Both the position numbers and the translations under genes were made by a program. A DNA stretch of 64,000 bases from Eukaryota sp. TZLM1-RC (taxonomy: Eukaryota > Protista > Metamonada: BaSk clade). Shown here piece after piece: positions 50,701 through 62,196 of the stretch (within the stretch, counting starts at the first letter, position 1; every line of letters starts with the position of its first letter). Under the pieces are notes generated by a model. It saw nothing but the letters and a program-made list of their open reading frames with translations, was not told where the DNA came from and ran no database searches. The stretch is from NCBI GenBank assembly GCA_040285825.1, contig JAUPSS010000012.1:186001-250000 (forward strand), given 5' to 3'.

Positions 50701-51575
50701 CGGTAATCTACGTGAGGACCTAGACCAATGGCTCCTTCCATTCCAAAAACATCAGATCCTAAAGAAAAGTCACCATTTGCACAGATACTGGAGGCGTTAT
50801 GAAGAGGAATTATGGAAGAATGAGACTGTGGGTTTAATGAATTAATTCCAAGCTGTCCAAAACTAAGGTTAAATTATAAAGAAAAACAAAACTTATTGCG
50901 TCCCCAGCTGGCGAGAGAGCCATCTGAAAGCAGTGCTAAAACGTGGGAATCACCAGAAGTGACAGCGGAAACAGGAGAAGGAAACCCAATGGAGAGTGGG
51001 GTCATGAAAGAATCATTTGTAGAACCTAAACCAAGCTGCCCTTCTTCGTTACTTCCCCAGGTGATAATGGAGCCGAAAGCAGGCGACAGGAAAAGTGTTG
51101 CAGAGGGGTGCAGGGTGAAGGTGGCAGCATTCTGAAAATGAAGAATTCCACGTATCCATACGCTATTGCCAGCAACAATATGGAGAGACACATGATCAAA
51201 GTTGATCGAGACAGTACTGTTAATATAAATAGCCGATGCACTGATGGAACAAGCTGATGGAGCTGCACAAACAAAGGATCCTCCAAATAAAGTAAGTGTG
51301 GTTGAAACTTGGAGAGATGCACCATCCCCCACAACAAACGTATTATCCCCCTGTGATACCAGTGATAAAACTGACAGTTCCTCATCAAGACTGATTTGAA
51401 TGGAATATTCTAGCTTCGGAAACACAACATCCGAGTGTTCTCCAGGAAGAACATTATCATTCCAACAAGAAGGATCAGTCCAACTACTTGTGCTTGAACA
51501 AATAAATGTCGAAACGTTGGAATTTACCAAGAAGAAGCAAAAAGTGACAAAAAACACAAGACGTGAGCTTAGCAT
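26795..51575 (-). CDS. Giant type I membrane surface protein (~8,220 aa): signal peptide, G8-like, RCC1 repeats, 16 x 371-aa repeats, PSI-like, TM, S/P-rich tail
   Basis: Six ORFs on the track join via four GT-AG introns (50863-50892, 50625-50653, 50523-50551, 50350-50377), four single-base homopolymer indels (~40260, ~39400, ~39232, ~37650) and one garbled in-frame patch (~34075-34095). The TM segment FLVVVAVVVLFVLCVIIGLFVV is followed by RKRRK. Confidence 0.88.
30755..48770 (-). repeat. Coding tandem array, 1113-bp unit, ~16.2 copies
   Basis: The marker cctgttcttgttcctcca occurs 17 times, from 30936 to 48740, at 1113-bp spacing (1114 twice and 1107 once, at the indels). Confidence 0.97.
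50350..50892 (-). other. Four spliceosomal micro-introns (30, 29, 29, 28 nt)
   Basis: All are GTTT..YAG. Removing them restores the frame and the RCC1 motifs SWGRNNFGQLG, LDCGFQFS, CGPNDYGQLG and YGLGNKGQIG. Confidence 0.92.
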
Positions 51576-52281
51576 TGAAAGTGATGAAGGAAATAATCAC
51601 TATGGAAGTAAGAAATCACATCTACAGTGACATCAACTATGACAAGAGGTGATATTGATGAAGAAAACTGGTTATCTGAGGCCATCGAGTCAAAGACTGT
51701 GCTGTGACAGTTGAGTAAATCTTGAGCACAGAGTTGAGTCTAAGTTCCTTTTTGTGTATCAGAATTGTAAAAAGGGATTATCAAAAAAAATTCTTTTGAA
51801 TTAAATAAATTCGAATATCATTTGAGAAATAACAATCCGCTTCAATGACCAGAAAAGTGCCAACAATTGAATCAAATTAACAATATTTTGGACACCTACA
51901 TCATGTATTTTCTTTCTATTAACCAATTGACAGGAACATATTTTAACATTCAAAAACATTATGAAAGTTGTAATTAGTTGAGGAATTGCAGTCATTTTGT
52001 TTACTGTTGAGAGTTTTTGTAAGTTTTGCTTAGTGTATTTACTTGGTCATGTGTTTAATTTGGTTTATTTAAATTAATCTTGTTTGTTTTTTTAAAAAGT
52101 CCCCAAATAAGAACTAAATTGATAAGGTAACATATTCCAGCAAAGAAATCCAGAAAAGAAAGAAAAATTGATAATTTAATAAATTTAATGCAGAGAATTA
52201 ACAGTTTGGAAATACGTTTCCAATACATAACTGAAAACAAAACTTAATGTTGATCAAAGAAACAAATTTAGTTAAAAATAG

Positions 52282-53655
52282 TTAGATAAATTCAGAGAAA
52301 TCCCACACAAAAAATTCGTTACTTTTGAGATGCTTTAAAAGCAAGGTACTTCTTGTTGAAGCTGAAGCAAATTGATAATTCTCTGGATATTTTAACTCAG
52401 AATAATATTCGCAATCAAGTGTAAAAATTGACATATGATATTTGAATAATAAATAAATAAATTCTTCATCAAGAAAAACGGAGTTGGGGGGAGTCGAACT
52501 CGCGACCTCAAAGGTTTCATTATCAGTATTAGTCAATTTTACAAAATTTGAAGAAAAAAAGCAAGAAACATCACTATTGGATGAAGAAATCACCGGAATC
52601 GTGTCGAAATTTTGAAACAATGGATCAACTGTAGACTTGGACCCCAACTCTGACATACACATTGACAATTCCTGCTCAATTTTTTTAAAAATTGACAAGA
52701 AATCAATCAAAAATGATGGTTTTGTGTAATCAAACGCAACCAAGTGACGTACACCTACTGATAACTCTTCAGAGTTACCTTCAAAAGTACCAGAAACCTG
52801 ACCCACATCATCCACCTTGATTGCAATCAAAGCGGTCAAAAATGATAGAATTTTGGAGACCTTTTCCCTAAATAACCTAGCATTATCCACAAGCTCAGCC
52901 ACTATTTTTCTGATTTCAAACTTTTTAAACAAATTTAAAACAATTCTATTTAAATTATTATCTGAAAAACCACAACTAAATAGACTAAAACTATACAAAT
53001 CACTAATAATAACACCATCAATAAAAGAATCAATAATTTCCAAAATTTTTGCTAATAACCCACAATTACTTTGATCAAAGGGTAAGAGACGACCATGAAC
53101 GCAAAAGTGGTGAATCCATTCATTATCAGGAAGTGAAAGCTTTGAAGTGAGAGAAGATAGTTTGTGTTGAAATTCTGAGAGGTTATTAAGCAAGTTCAAA
53201 TAAGAGGTCAAAAAAGAAAAGATTTCAGAAGACTTGAGAATAATGTCTTGATCACGTGATGATGGCGTGATTGATGGCGTCAGTGGAGCCTGGGAGAGAA
53301 TGATACCATGTAGGGTGGTGATGTAGGCATATGTGGTGTAATACAAGATGAGATAGTTTTGCCTCCATTGGATAGAAGAGGGAAGGTCAGTGATGGTGTG
53401 CAGAGGAAGATCTGAGGTGATAAAAGACGTATCGATATTGTAAATGATCAACTTGAGTAAACATGAAGATGAGTTGTACAGAATGGCCAGACGAGTTCCA
53501 CAAGGCGACCATGTGGAGATGGATTTGTTGATGTGTTTCAGCTTGGTTAAGGGTTCAGCGAGAGATAACCCATGGCGAAGTGCAATGAGTGATAAGCATG
53601 TATCATGAATCAGGTAAATGTCTCGTGTAGGATTGGGGTGTACTGAGGATGTCAT
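52282..53655 (-). CDS. Hypothetical protein, possibly divergent APC/C subunit 4
   Basis: 457 aa. The N-terminal PNPTRDI and WSPCGTRLAILY resemble the Apc4 WD40 start, followed by a helical middle and a beta-rich end. Confidence 0.4.
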   Translation of the reverse strand: MTSSVHPNPTRDIYLIHDTCLSLIALRHGLSLAEPLTKLKHINKSISTWSPCGTRLAILYNSSSCLLKLIIYNIDTSFITSDLPLHTITDLPSSIQWRQNYLILYYTTYAYITTLHGIILSQAPLTPSITPSSRDQDIILKSSEIFSFLTSYLNLLNNLSEFQHKLSSLTSKLSLPDNEWIHHFCVHGRLLPFDQSNCGLLAKILEIIDSFIDGVIISDLYSFSLFSCGFSDNNLNRIVLNLFKKFEIRKIVAELVDNARLFREKVSKILSFLTALIAIKVDDVGQVSGTFEGNSEELSVGVRHLVAFDYTKPSFLIDFLSIFKKIEQELSMCMSELGSKSTVDPLFQNFDTIPVISSSNSDVSCFFSSNFVKLTNTDNETFEVASSTPPNSVFLDEEFIYLLFKYHMSIFTLDCEYYSELKYPENYQFASASTRSTLLLKHLKSNEFFVWDFSEFI

Positions 53656-53914
53656 TTGTCACAGATGATGTCCATTAAACAATGAAATAAGTGATCGAAT
53701 TTCTCGTAAGTTGTTTTAAAATTAATTTATTCCATCTATTCGAGAAACTAAACAACAGAATTCAATTTCTAAATAATAATGTTCCAAATGAGCCACAAAA
53801 ATTAACAGGAAATTTTTCCTTCATAAAAGCGTCCAAGAGATGATAAAGTAGAAGACAATAAGTGAAAAAAACCTTTAAAAATTGAAAATACAATTCTGTT
53901 CTGGGTTAATTCGG

Positions 53915-54215
53915 GCCCACTTGTTCTCACCTTCACAATTTTGTGGTGTTGGCTTCACAAAATCATGGAGGCAAGAATTGAATATACGAATTTTCTCGTA
54001 GATTTTTTTGAAGATTCACATTTGTTAGTTCCCAGTTGCAGTCCATATTTGAATGAGTCATCTTGTGAACTCGATAAATGGCCACCATCAGTATGGCCTC
54101 AGTGTTTTCCCCAATCCATTCAAGAAAATCCGAACCGATCTTTTTTTAATTTGCAGTTTTGCTATAGTTGTCTCACCGCCACACCATTGAACAGTACAGA
54201 AACTACCTGAATCAG
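53915..54215 (+). mobile_element. Degenerate CRE-like family A fragment
   Basis: PSVWPQCFPQSIQENPNRSFFNLQFC parallels PSDIWIQCFPQNVQEIPTRSLPNLRF. Confidence 0.75.
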
Positions 54216-54779
54216 AGTTATATTGTGAGAGGATTTTCTCTATAACATGTTTGTCAGCACAACTTGGTGCGACTCCTTTGAGGAATTCAATATCCTGAGG
54301 GTTTTCAGCGTTATAGATTTTAGAATTGTTCTTTGCAGCTTTCAATTCAGTACCAGAAATAAGATTCTTCAATAATAAAGTGGACTTGGAAGGAATGTCA
54401 ATAACTCAGAATGGTCCATTGCAAGATCCATAAAGTTTATTAATTTGCTTGGTTTTCCTGGTTAGTTCAAGCTCATTCCCTCCACTCCCCCACTCTCCCC
54501 ACCCTCCAAGCTATGCTCGAAATTATAAGAACAAAAATTCAAATTCGAAAAATGGCCATTTTGAAGGAAATTCGGAAAAACATTCTAAAATGCTCTTCCT
54601 CGTTGTCCTTTTTGTCACAAACTGGGTCACGAAAAAAATTCAAAAAAATGTGAAAACTATCATAATATGACGTAAAATAATGTTGAAATTTCTTTTGTAA
54701 ACTATTTCTCAGACGCTTTACGCTTCCTTAGTTGTTGGCTTGAAATGTTCCCAAATTCACCGATGAATTAATTAATCTT

Positions 54780-56175
54780 TTAATGAAAGTGGGCTCTGAA
54801 CTTGATACAATTTCTTCATTTGAAGTAGAGAAACATATTAAATTTTGTATCTTTATAATTTGTCATTCAGGGAAAATTGCTCATTTTTAAAAAAACAACT
54901 TCTTCTGATATTTTACGTAGATTGTGCCGCATATTTAATTATTTGAGATCAAAATGTTTTTTGTATCTTTGATTGATGTCAATCCTGAACTAATTCGAAG
55001 CCATGTATTTTGATAGTCTATTTTTGGTGGAATTGATGTCACTAAATAGTCTATTCTCTGTCAAGTTGGTTTATTTGGTGGAGGAAAAAAATTGTTTTTG
55101 AATTTTGCAACCGTTTTCTCATTGATGTTAATTTATTGTATTCTACAAGCAATAACTATTTAGGAGACCTTGAAAAAGCTCTTGATTGTTTGCCTCCTTA
55201 AATCTGGAAAAAGTGTTTGCCGATAATGTGCAAAAAATACCATCTAGGACACTAGTTGAGTTGAGGTATTGTGTTAAAAAATTGCAACAAAAATTAACAA
55301 TGATTCTTGAAGGCTTGGTTTTTAATGTTCGTCTTGGCTCGGCCAGAAAAAGATAATCCCACCTTCGCAAAATTTTTGTTAGATGCTCAAAATTGTTCTT
55401 CATCTTGTTTAATTTCACAAATTCCTCAAATTTATGGTCTTCTTTTAAATGATACCACATTTTCTTGTACAATGTACCTTCGATGTTTCATTTGGCCCAG
55501 AAACGTGCCTCATAATTTGATTTGCAAATGTGGATCAAAAATTTCTCCAGATCATTTGTTTAACTGTAAACATTCTATTCTTTTCGATCAAAAGTCCATG
55601 ATGCAGTTAGAAATCAACTCTATTGTATCTTTAAGTCTCTCAGAATTGTCTCCTATTTGGAACCATTACGTTCTCGTTTGATTGATGACGATACTTTGAA
55701 TTCTTTTGATCGTAACAGAGGTGATTAAATACTTGAAGGACTTGATGGGACCACTATCATTACTGATGTGAGATCAGCTTTTGTGTGTAATGATTCTTTT
55801 ATACCATTAGCTCAGTCTAAACACAAGAATCCGCTGTCTGTTGCCGAAAATTCTAAAAAAGATAAGTATAAAGCAAAGATGGTATCCTTGAATGCTGAAT
55901 CTCACACTCATTATGTCCTTTGTCCACTTGTTATTTTACATGGTACACTTGGACCACTTGCTTTATTTTTTTGGATGATTTTGTAGAAATTGTAAAACAA
56001 CTTACAGGAAGAATTTTTGACAAAACGTTTTGGTAGAATAGAATTGTATTTTCAATTTTTAAAGATGAGGTCCCATTATTGTCTTCTGTTTTATTATTTC
56101 CTGGTCGCTTTTATGAAGGAAAAACTTCCAGTCAAATCTTGTTGGCTGATTTGGGATATGAAGATTTAGAATTTT
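54780..56175 (+). mobile_element. Degenerate CRE-like family A-related 3' half
   Basis: ISQIPQIYGLLL..RCFIWP..ICKCG..HLFNCKH, NRGD and KKDKY, with many stops. Confidence 0.8.
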
Positions 56176-56249
56176 AATTTTTGTGTTTAGTGTCTTGAAA
56201 GTTATAAATTCAACTTTGAAAAAAAATATGTTTGTGTGATAGTGCATCT

Positions 56250-57022
56250 TCTGCCTTGGTAACAACAATTCCTCAAATTTATGGTACTCTCTTAACTCAT
56301 TCTGCTTGCACATTGAATATGAAATTTAATTCTTGTATCTGGCCTGATAATCTACCTCATAGTTGAATTTGTAAATGTTCTCGAAAAATTACAATTACTT
56401 ATTTGTTAAATTGTGAACATTTTATTACTTTGAGAAGCAAGATTCACGCTGCTGTAAGAGACCAATTATATTGTCTGTGTAAGTCTCATGAAATTGAATC
56501 CTTTTTGGAACCTCTGTTGTCAAATCTGTTTGATACTGAAAATGATTTTCATAAGAACAACAGAGGTGATGTCATATTACCTGAATTGGATAGAAACTTC
56601 ATTATATTGGATGTAGTGTTTGTTGATCCTTGTAATGCTTCAAATGAAAGGGTTGTTAATTCTGAAATTCATAATCCTCATTCAAATGCTAAAAATTTCA
56701 AAATCAAAAAATACAATGAACCTATCTCTAAATTGTCCAGCCAACGGCATGCAAAATACAATTTGCATCTACTTAACTTTTCTCTATTTGGTTCAATGGC
56801 TCCCACGGCTATCCGTTTTTTGGCAGATTTTAAAATGGTTGTAAAAAGTAGAACTAACAGAAATTTGAAGATTGTTTTGGTAAAATAGAATTGTGTTTTC
56901 TTTTTTAAGGGGAAGTTGAAGATGGTTTCTGATGCCTTGCTTTTTCTTGAATCTCACTATGAGAGAGCTGTATAAAGTTGTTGTGTTTTGGGAGAGATGT
57001 ATTATTTAGACGTTGATTTATA
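56250..57022 (+). mobile_element. Degenerate CRE-like family A-related 3' fragment
   Basis: LNCEHFITLRSKIHAAVRDQLY..NRGDVIL..ILD..FKIKKY. Confidence 0.8.
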
Positions 57023-57619
57023 AGTTTCTATTCAAAAATAATAATTAAAAACAATGATACTTATTTTTTGATTCGAAAGAACTTTTGGAACAAGTCTATC
57101 TTTAAGATCTTAGTGATGGAATTCTAACAATAATGCACAATGAGGATTTTGTAAAGCTGTTTTGTTTATGGGTTAAGGCAACTTTCCTCCTCACTTTAAA
57201 ATGTGACCACAAGAAATGCGTCACAAAATAATAGCGTTTCAATTTTTGGTCAAATATCATTGGGGTTGCAGTCAAGAAGATGCAAATAATAACCACAAAT
57301 GAATTCTAATCCGACAAAAAAATCCTCACACCTAATTACTGCCTCGTCTGTCACGTCAATCATTTTCGGAACTCTGTTGTCATTCATTTTTCATTAGTCA
57401 TTCGTATATAATTCAAATTATTGATGAATTATGTTAAAGCAGAGTTTGGAAGTGCAAAAGAGCACTGAGTGCGGTTCATGGTGCGATAGTGGTTTTGTGT
57501 GACACCTGTTTTGGATATAGTACACCCGACTATGCAGACACGAGTTTCAAAGGCCACATTTGTTAAACACTGCTTTCAATTGAAATACAACACTGAATCA
57601 AATTGAATCAGAAATATTG

Positions 57620-57915
57620 GACTATTGGGAGTAGTTTCAATGAACCAAGTTTTCCTTTGCAGAGTCCTGATCTGCCTGTTTTCTCAACATTATTTCATTT
57701 ACTCGACAAAAAACCGAGGTAATCTATTAATTCTAACAAATTCGATTTACCACAACCATCATTGTTTTTCTTGAACCAATTTTGGAAATCTTTCAAAAAA
57801 GTTCCTGTTTCTGCTGATAATCTTTTCTTTAGAAAAAAATGGGAAAGCAATAAAAACAAGTCGCCTATTTCTACCAGCATTAGCTTCATATTAGCTTATG
57901 TATTTGTCATATTTT
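57620..57915 (-). mobile_element. Degenerate CRE-like family B 3' fragment
   Basis: Shares aaaaccgaggtaatctattaat, ttcaaaaaagttcctgtttct and ctatttctaccagcattag with 6540-6735. Confidence 0.75.
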
Positions 57916-58713
57916 CAAAGTTTTCCACAAAGTAGTTTATGTCTTGATATAACTAAATTTCATTTTTTCTTGATGAAAAATAAATTCGATTACTTTAATT
58001 TGTTCCAAACTGTTCCAGGTCATTCAACTTCCAATTGAATCAACATTCCCCTCTACATTGTAACTTTATCAAAAGGATAGTATCATGAAAGAAGACGTCA
58101 TTTATCTGTTGAATACACTTGCTCTTCCCGAAAGTATTCATTACTCTTAAATATTGTTTAGGAAATTTTGTTTACATAACGTTCATCCAAACAAACATAT
58201 TTTGAAAATTCTGCCACAATAGTAACAATAGACATTCGAATTCGTTATTGTTATGAAAATAAATTCGAAATTCCTTTGCACTCAGAAACAAACTTCTATG
58301 AAGGGAAACAGCCAATGGTTTAAAAAAATAATGAGCTTCATTTACGAATAAGGGAGGCTTGAATCTAACTTTTATAATTCTCAACTTTAGCATTTTGAGC
58401 ACTTTCTCAATGATTGAAATCATATTTCAACAAATCTGTGTAGGTATCTCACTAGTGAATACCTTAATATATAACACATAGAGCTAGCAGATATGCATTC
58501 CAGCAAAAGCTGTAGTAGATGAGTTGTTAAAGGGATGAACATTTGTTCAGTCCAAAACCATTTCCTGAAAATCATATAATCCAGCACACAACAATGAGCT
58601 TTCGCCTCGTGGTGGAAGATTCACTGAACCAAGGCATATAACAAACAACAGCCATTGAAGTGCAAACTTCTATTTATCATTATTTACAATTTATTCAAAC
58701 CAAAAACCCACAC

Positions 58714-59481
58714 CTATGTCCTCACGAATTTTGCAAACTTGGAGGTCCCTACCATGTTAACAGAACGAAGATCATCGGGCGGGTCTTCAAATTTCTTACA
58801 AACAATAGTATGATCAAAGCGATCATCATTTCTGCTGAGAGCTCTTATGTTAGATGTTGACACCAAGAAACAAACTCATGATCAGTAAATGTAGCAAGGA
58901 TTATGGTGCCAGAAAACTGGTATGACATGTACTGCACAAACTTATCTGCTGTACACCAAGTCAATTCAACGCTATTTTCACCCAAGTCTGGATGTTCGAT
59001 TTTGTGGGTAGCAGTATACAGTTGACATTCAATTTCGCCGGATTTGTCCTTCTTTTGCTTTTTAGCTTCATCTGTGGGCAAAAAGTAGTCAAAGTATATT
59101 TCAGTTTCCTTCTTAGTGTTTTTATCAGTAAATTTGTAGCACGTGTCTTCCATTCCGTCAAAATGAAAGTAAAATGAGCCAAAGATGAGTATTACATGGT
59201 TACAAACCTTGACTGTACCAAAGATGTCCCTTTTGACCCTCAAACTCACCTTCTGTATAGAGCTTGTGATTAGCTAGATCTATGGAGTAGGTTTCTGTAC
59301 CTTGCTCTCCTAGGGCAATGTAGTTTTCAGTAACTTGAAACTGTTCATGATAACCACCAAAGACAACAAGGACAACTACAACCACAGTTGCAGTAACAGC
59401 TACACCACCACCGGCAATGATCCCAATCAAAGCGTTCTTACTGAGTTAAGTGAAGTTTGTAGTCATATACCTCAAGGGCAT
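58714..59481 (-). CDS. 225-aa protein with N-terminal membrane anchor, three micro-introns
   Basis: ATG at 59481. Introns at 59441-59470 (30 nt), 59180-59207 (28 nt, ends TG) and 58844-58875 (32 nt, CTAAC branch) give an open frame MPLSKNALIGIIAGGGVAV...KFVRT*. Confidence 0.75.
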
Positions 59482-60033
59482 TGTGTAATGACTGAACAAA
59501 GTGTATTGACGCTGGCAAATGGCACAGTCGATAGAATTCTAATATGTCCATCATTACCTGCTTACTATTTTATCCATTATCAAGGGTTGTGTTAGAGTAC
59601 CCGACTTTGATCAGCCGACAGGCCATGGCTGTTCCGACAGGTGGGATTTCTTTGCTTATGAAGGGATTAAACTCTTCTTTCTCTGTGCTTAAAATGTCAC
59701 TGTTGAATTGGTTGGGATCTTCTGAAATGTCATGTATTCTCAGTTGATTTCCTCTAAATCAGTTGAATAAATCTTAGATATTTATGGATAAATTAAGACA
59801 ATCTAATAAATTAATAAACAATTGGTAATTTGAGTTTAAACATAGACCAGATTCTGCTTCTCCTTCACCAATTGAAAAAAGGTTAGATAAAAGTAAATTG
59901 TGTTTGACGAGTACATTTTAGTGGATTGTAACAATATTCAAAGTTGTCATAATCTAAAAAAAATTCTAAAATAATAATGATCCATAAATGTTGTTTATAC
60001 AAAAGATAGACATATATGAAGAAACTAAAAATA

Positions 60034-60792
60034 CTAATAGTGTCCATCTGCTTCAACCACCAAACAGACTGCAGGTGACATATTGAGCTCCTGTAGCGTT
60101 TTATAACAATCTTTTACAGGAATTCTTGGCATTTGAAAAAACCTCAGCCTGATACTACTCGGATAATTCCTTTTCTTCTTGACCCAACGTTCAATATCCT
60201 TAATGGTCGAGCTCTGATCAAACTCCCTCCTCAGTGAGTCTGCCCCAATCCTCACCTGAACGCGGACAGTACCCCCATAATAAGGGAGCGGGGAGGGGGA
60301 GGTAGGAGTGGAAATTTCTTTTGGTGGCAATCCACGTTGTTTTCGAATTCTGCCTTCGCGTTCTCTATGAGCAGCTAGTTTTTGTTCCTTCAAATAGTTG
60401 CGGGTTTCTTCTCGTTCCCGCTTAGCCTGGGCAAGTTCACGCTGCTTGATCTCTCTCTTTAGATCAGATTCCCAGTCTTTGATTGTTGGAATTTCTTCCA
60501 AGCGACGGAGTTCTTCCTCACGCTCACGTTGTTCCTGCAATTTCTTACGTCGTAAATAGTCATCGCGGTAACGATTAGTGATTTGTTGAGGAAGGTTTCG
60601 AGAAGGAGATTGTGGTATTGGCACAGTTGACTGTGTCTGTGGGATGCTCGAGCGATGAGCGGAACATTCTGGACAAGAAATCGCACCAGGCGTGTCTAGA
60701 TAGGGAGCTATACACTCTGTACATGCTAAGTGTCCACAAGAAAGAACAGATGCGTCATCAGGAAGTACGTGATGGATATTGCACAAATACAT
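60034..60792 (-). CDS. RING finger + coiled-coil + UBX domain protein
   Basis: The RING reads CNIH..LSCGHLACTEC..CPEC. It is followed by an E/R/K-rich coil and a C-terminal VRVQVR..LRREF..STIKDI..MPR..KTLQELNMSPAVCLVVE (UBX). Confidence 0.8.
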   Translation of the reverse strand: MYLCNIHHVLPDDASVLSCGHLACTECIAPYLDTPGAISCPECSAHRSSIPQTQSTVPIPQSPSRNLPQQITNRYRDDYLRRKKLQEQREREEELRRLEEIPTIKDWESDLKREIKQRELAQAKREREETRNYLKEQKLAAHREREGRIRKQRGLPPKEISTPTSPSPLPYYGGTVRVQVRIGADSLRREFDQSSTIKDIERWVKKKRNYPSSIRLRFFQMPRIPVKDCYKTLQELNMSPAVCLVVEADGHY

Positions 60793-62196
60793 GAGGCGTG
60801 AGGCGTCGTGCAGGGAGAAGCCTCAACCAAGATCTTTGTGTTGCGAATATTTAGAAGAAATTATCAATCATTATTATTTGCGGTATACATGATTTGAGTG
60901 TTGCTCGTGGGTTTGTGACCACCGCTGCGGTACAGGTGTTCTTTAAAACGTCCACATCGGTGTTTGAGTTGAAGGGGGATTTATGTGGACTAGGTTACAG
61001 GATTTAAACGAAATTGATCATCAACTGTTACCTTTTCAGTTTATCTAATACCGTAATCAATTCAAGTTCAACTCTTATTCATTTCTATTGTTCTTTTTTC
61101 TAATTCATTTATCTAAACCTATTGATACCGCAAATAATATGAACTCATTAACGAATATGTAATTGGCTTGTAAGAGCAAAAGCATACACACAAGAATACA
61201 AGGCACACAAGAATGTTCTTTGCAATTTCTTCCTCAAAAATTGTTCAAGATATTCAAAAAGTCCAAATAAGGATGTGTTTATTCAGCATAAAAAATTGAA
61301 TTGATTATTTGTATCTTTTGTCCAGTAATTGGTGTAATCTAGCTACCTCACTAGTGAAGCCCCTCCTCTGTATTAATTCTGCCGAATTGTCAGTCGTAGT
61401 ATTAGCTCTTCTATATTTAAAGCTAAATTACAAAGCAAAGAAGGTTGAATTTTTTGTGCCTAATTATTGTGTTTTTGAAGTCACAATACGATGTGTTTAT
61501 TCAGCATAGTTTTGATGAATTATTTAATAGACCACAAAGTCTTTATTGCAATGACACCACTTGTGTCACATGTCCGGTAGTAGTCCAGATAGTTCAACTC
61601 TTACTCATTAAAATAAATTAACAAAATTAAAAAAATTCATTAAAATAAGAAATTCAACAATCTGTTGTCTGAATTGTTGTTAATGTGAAGACGAAAATGA
61701 CATAATTAATTTTGGCACAACTTTTGATGTTGCTACATCCAAGTTCATGAATCATCAATTTCTCCTGAAACTCATGTAGTTTCAAATACCCTAAAGTTAT
61801 GTAGCTTGTTGACATCTTTACTAGTTTTCACTGGAATTGGTAATGTGAATAATGTGTGTCTACACAAATGTGAAGGTGGTTTCGGCTTATTTTCTTCAGT
61901 CTTTGTACATTTAATGACAAATTCACAAATTCCATATTTTGTCAAAATTATAATGATCTTGAAAATTGAGAGAAAATCTATTTGAAAACGCATTTGATCT
62001 AAAATAACTAAAAATGGAACATCGACTAAAGAAGGAATTTGCTTCACAAATTTAGAAATTGTTACGCTTTTTTAAAATTTAAAAGTGATCAAATCCATAG
62101 AATGGGTAGACATTTACAACGAGCCAAACTAAAATTAATAAAATAAATTTCATTTATTTATTATATAAAAAAAGTAACAAAACATAACGAAACAAA

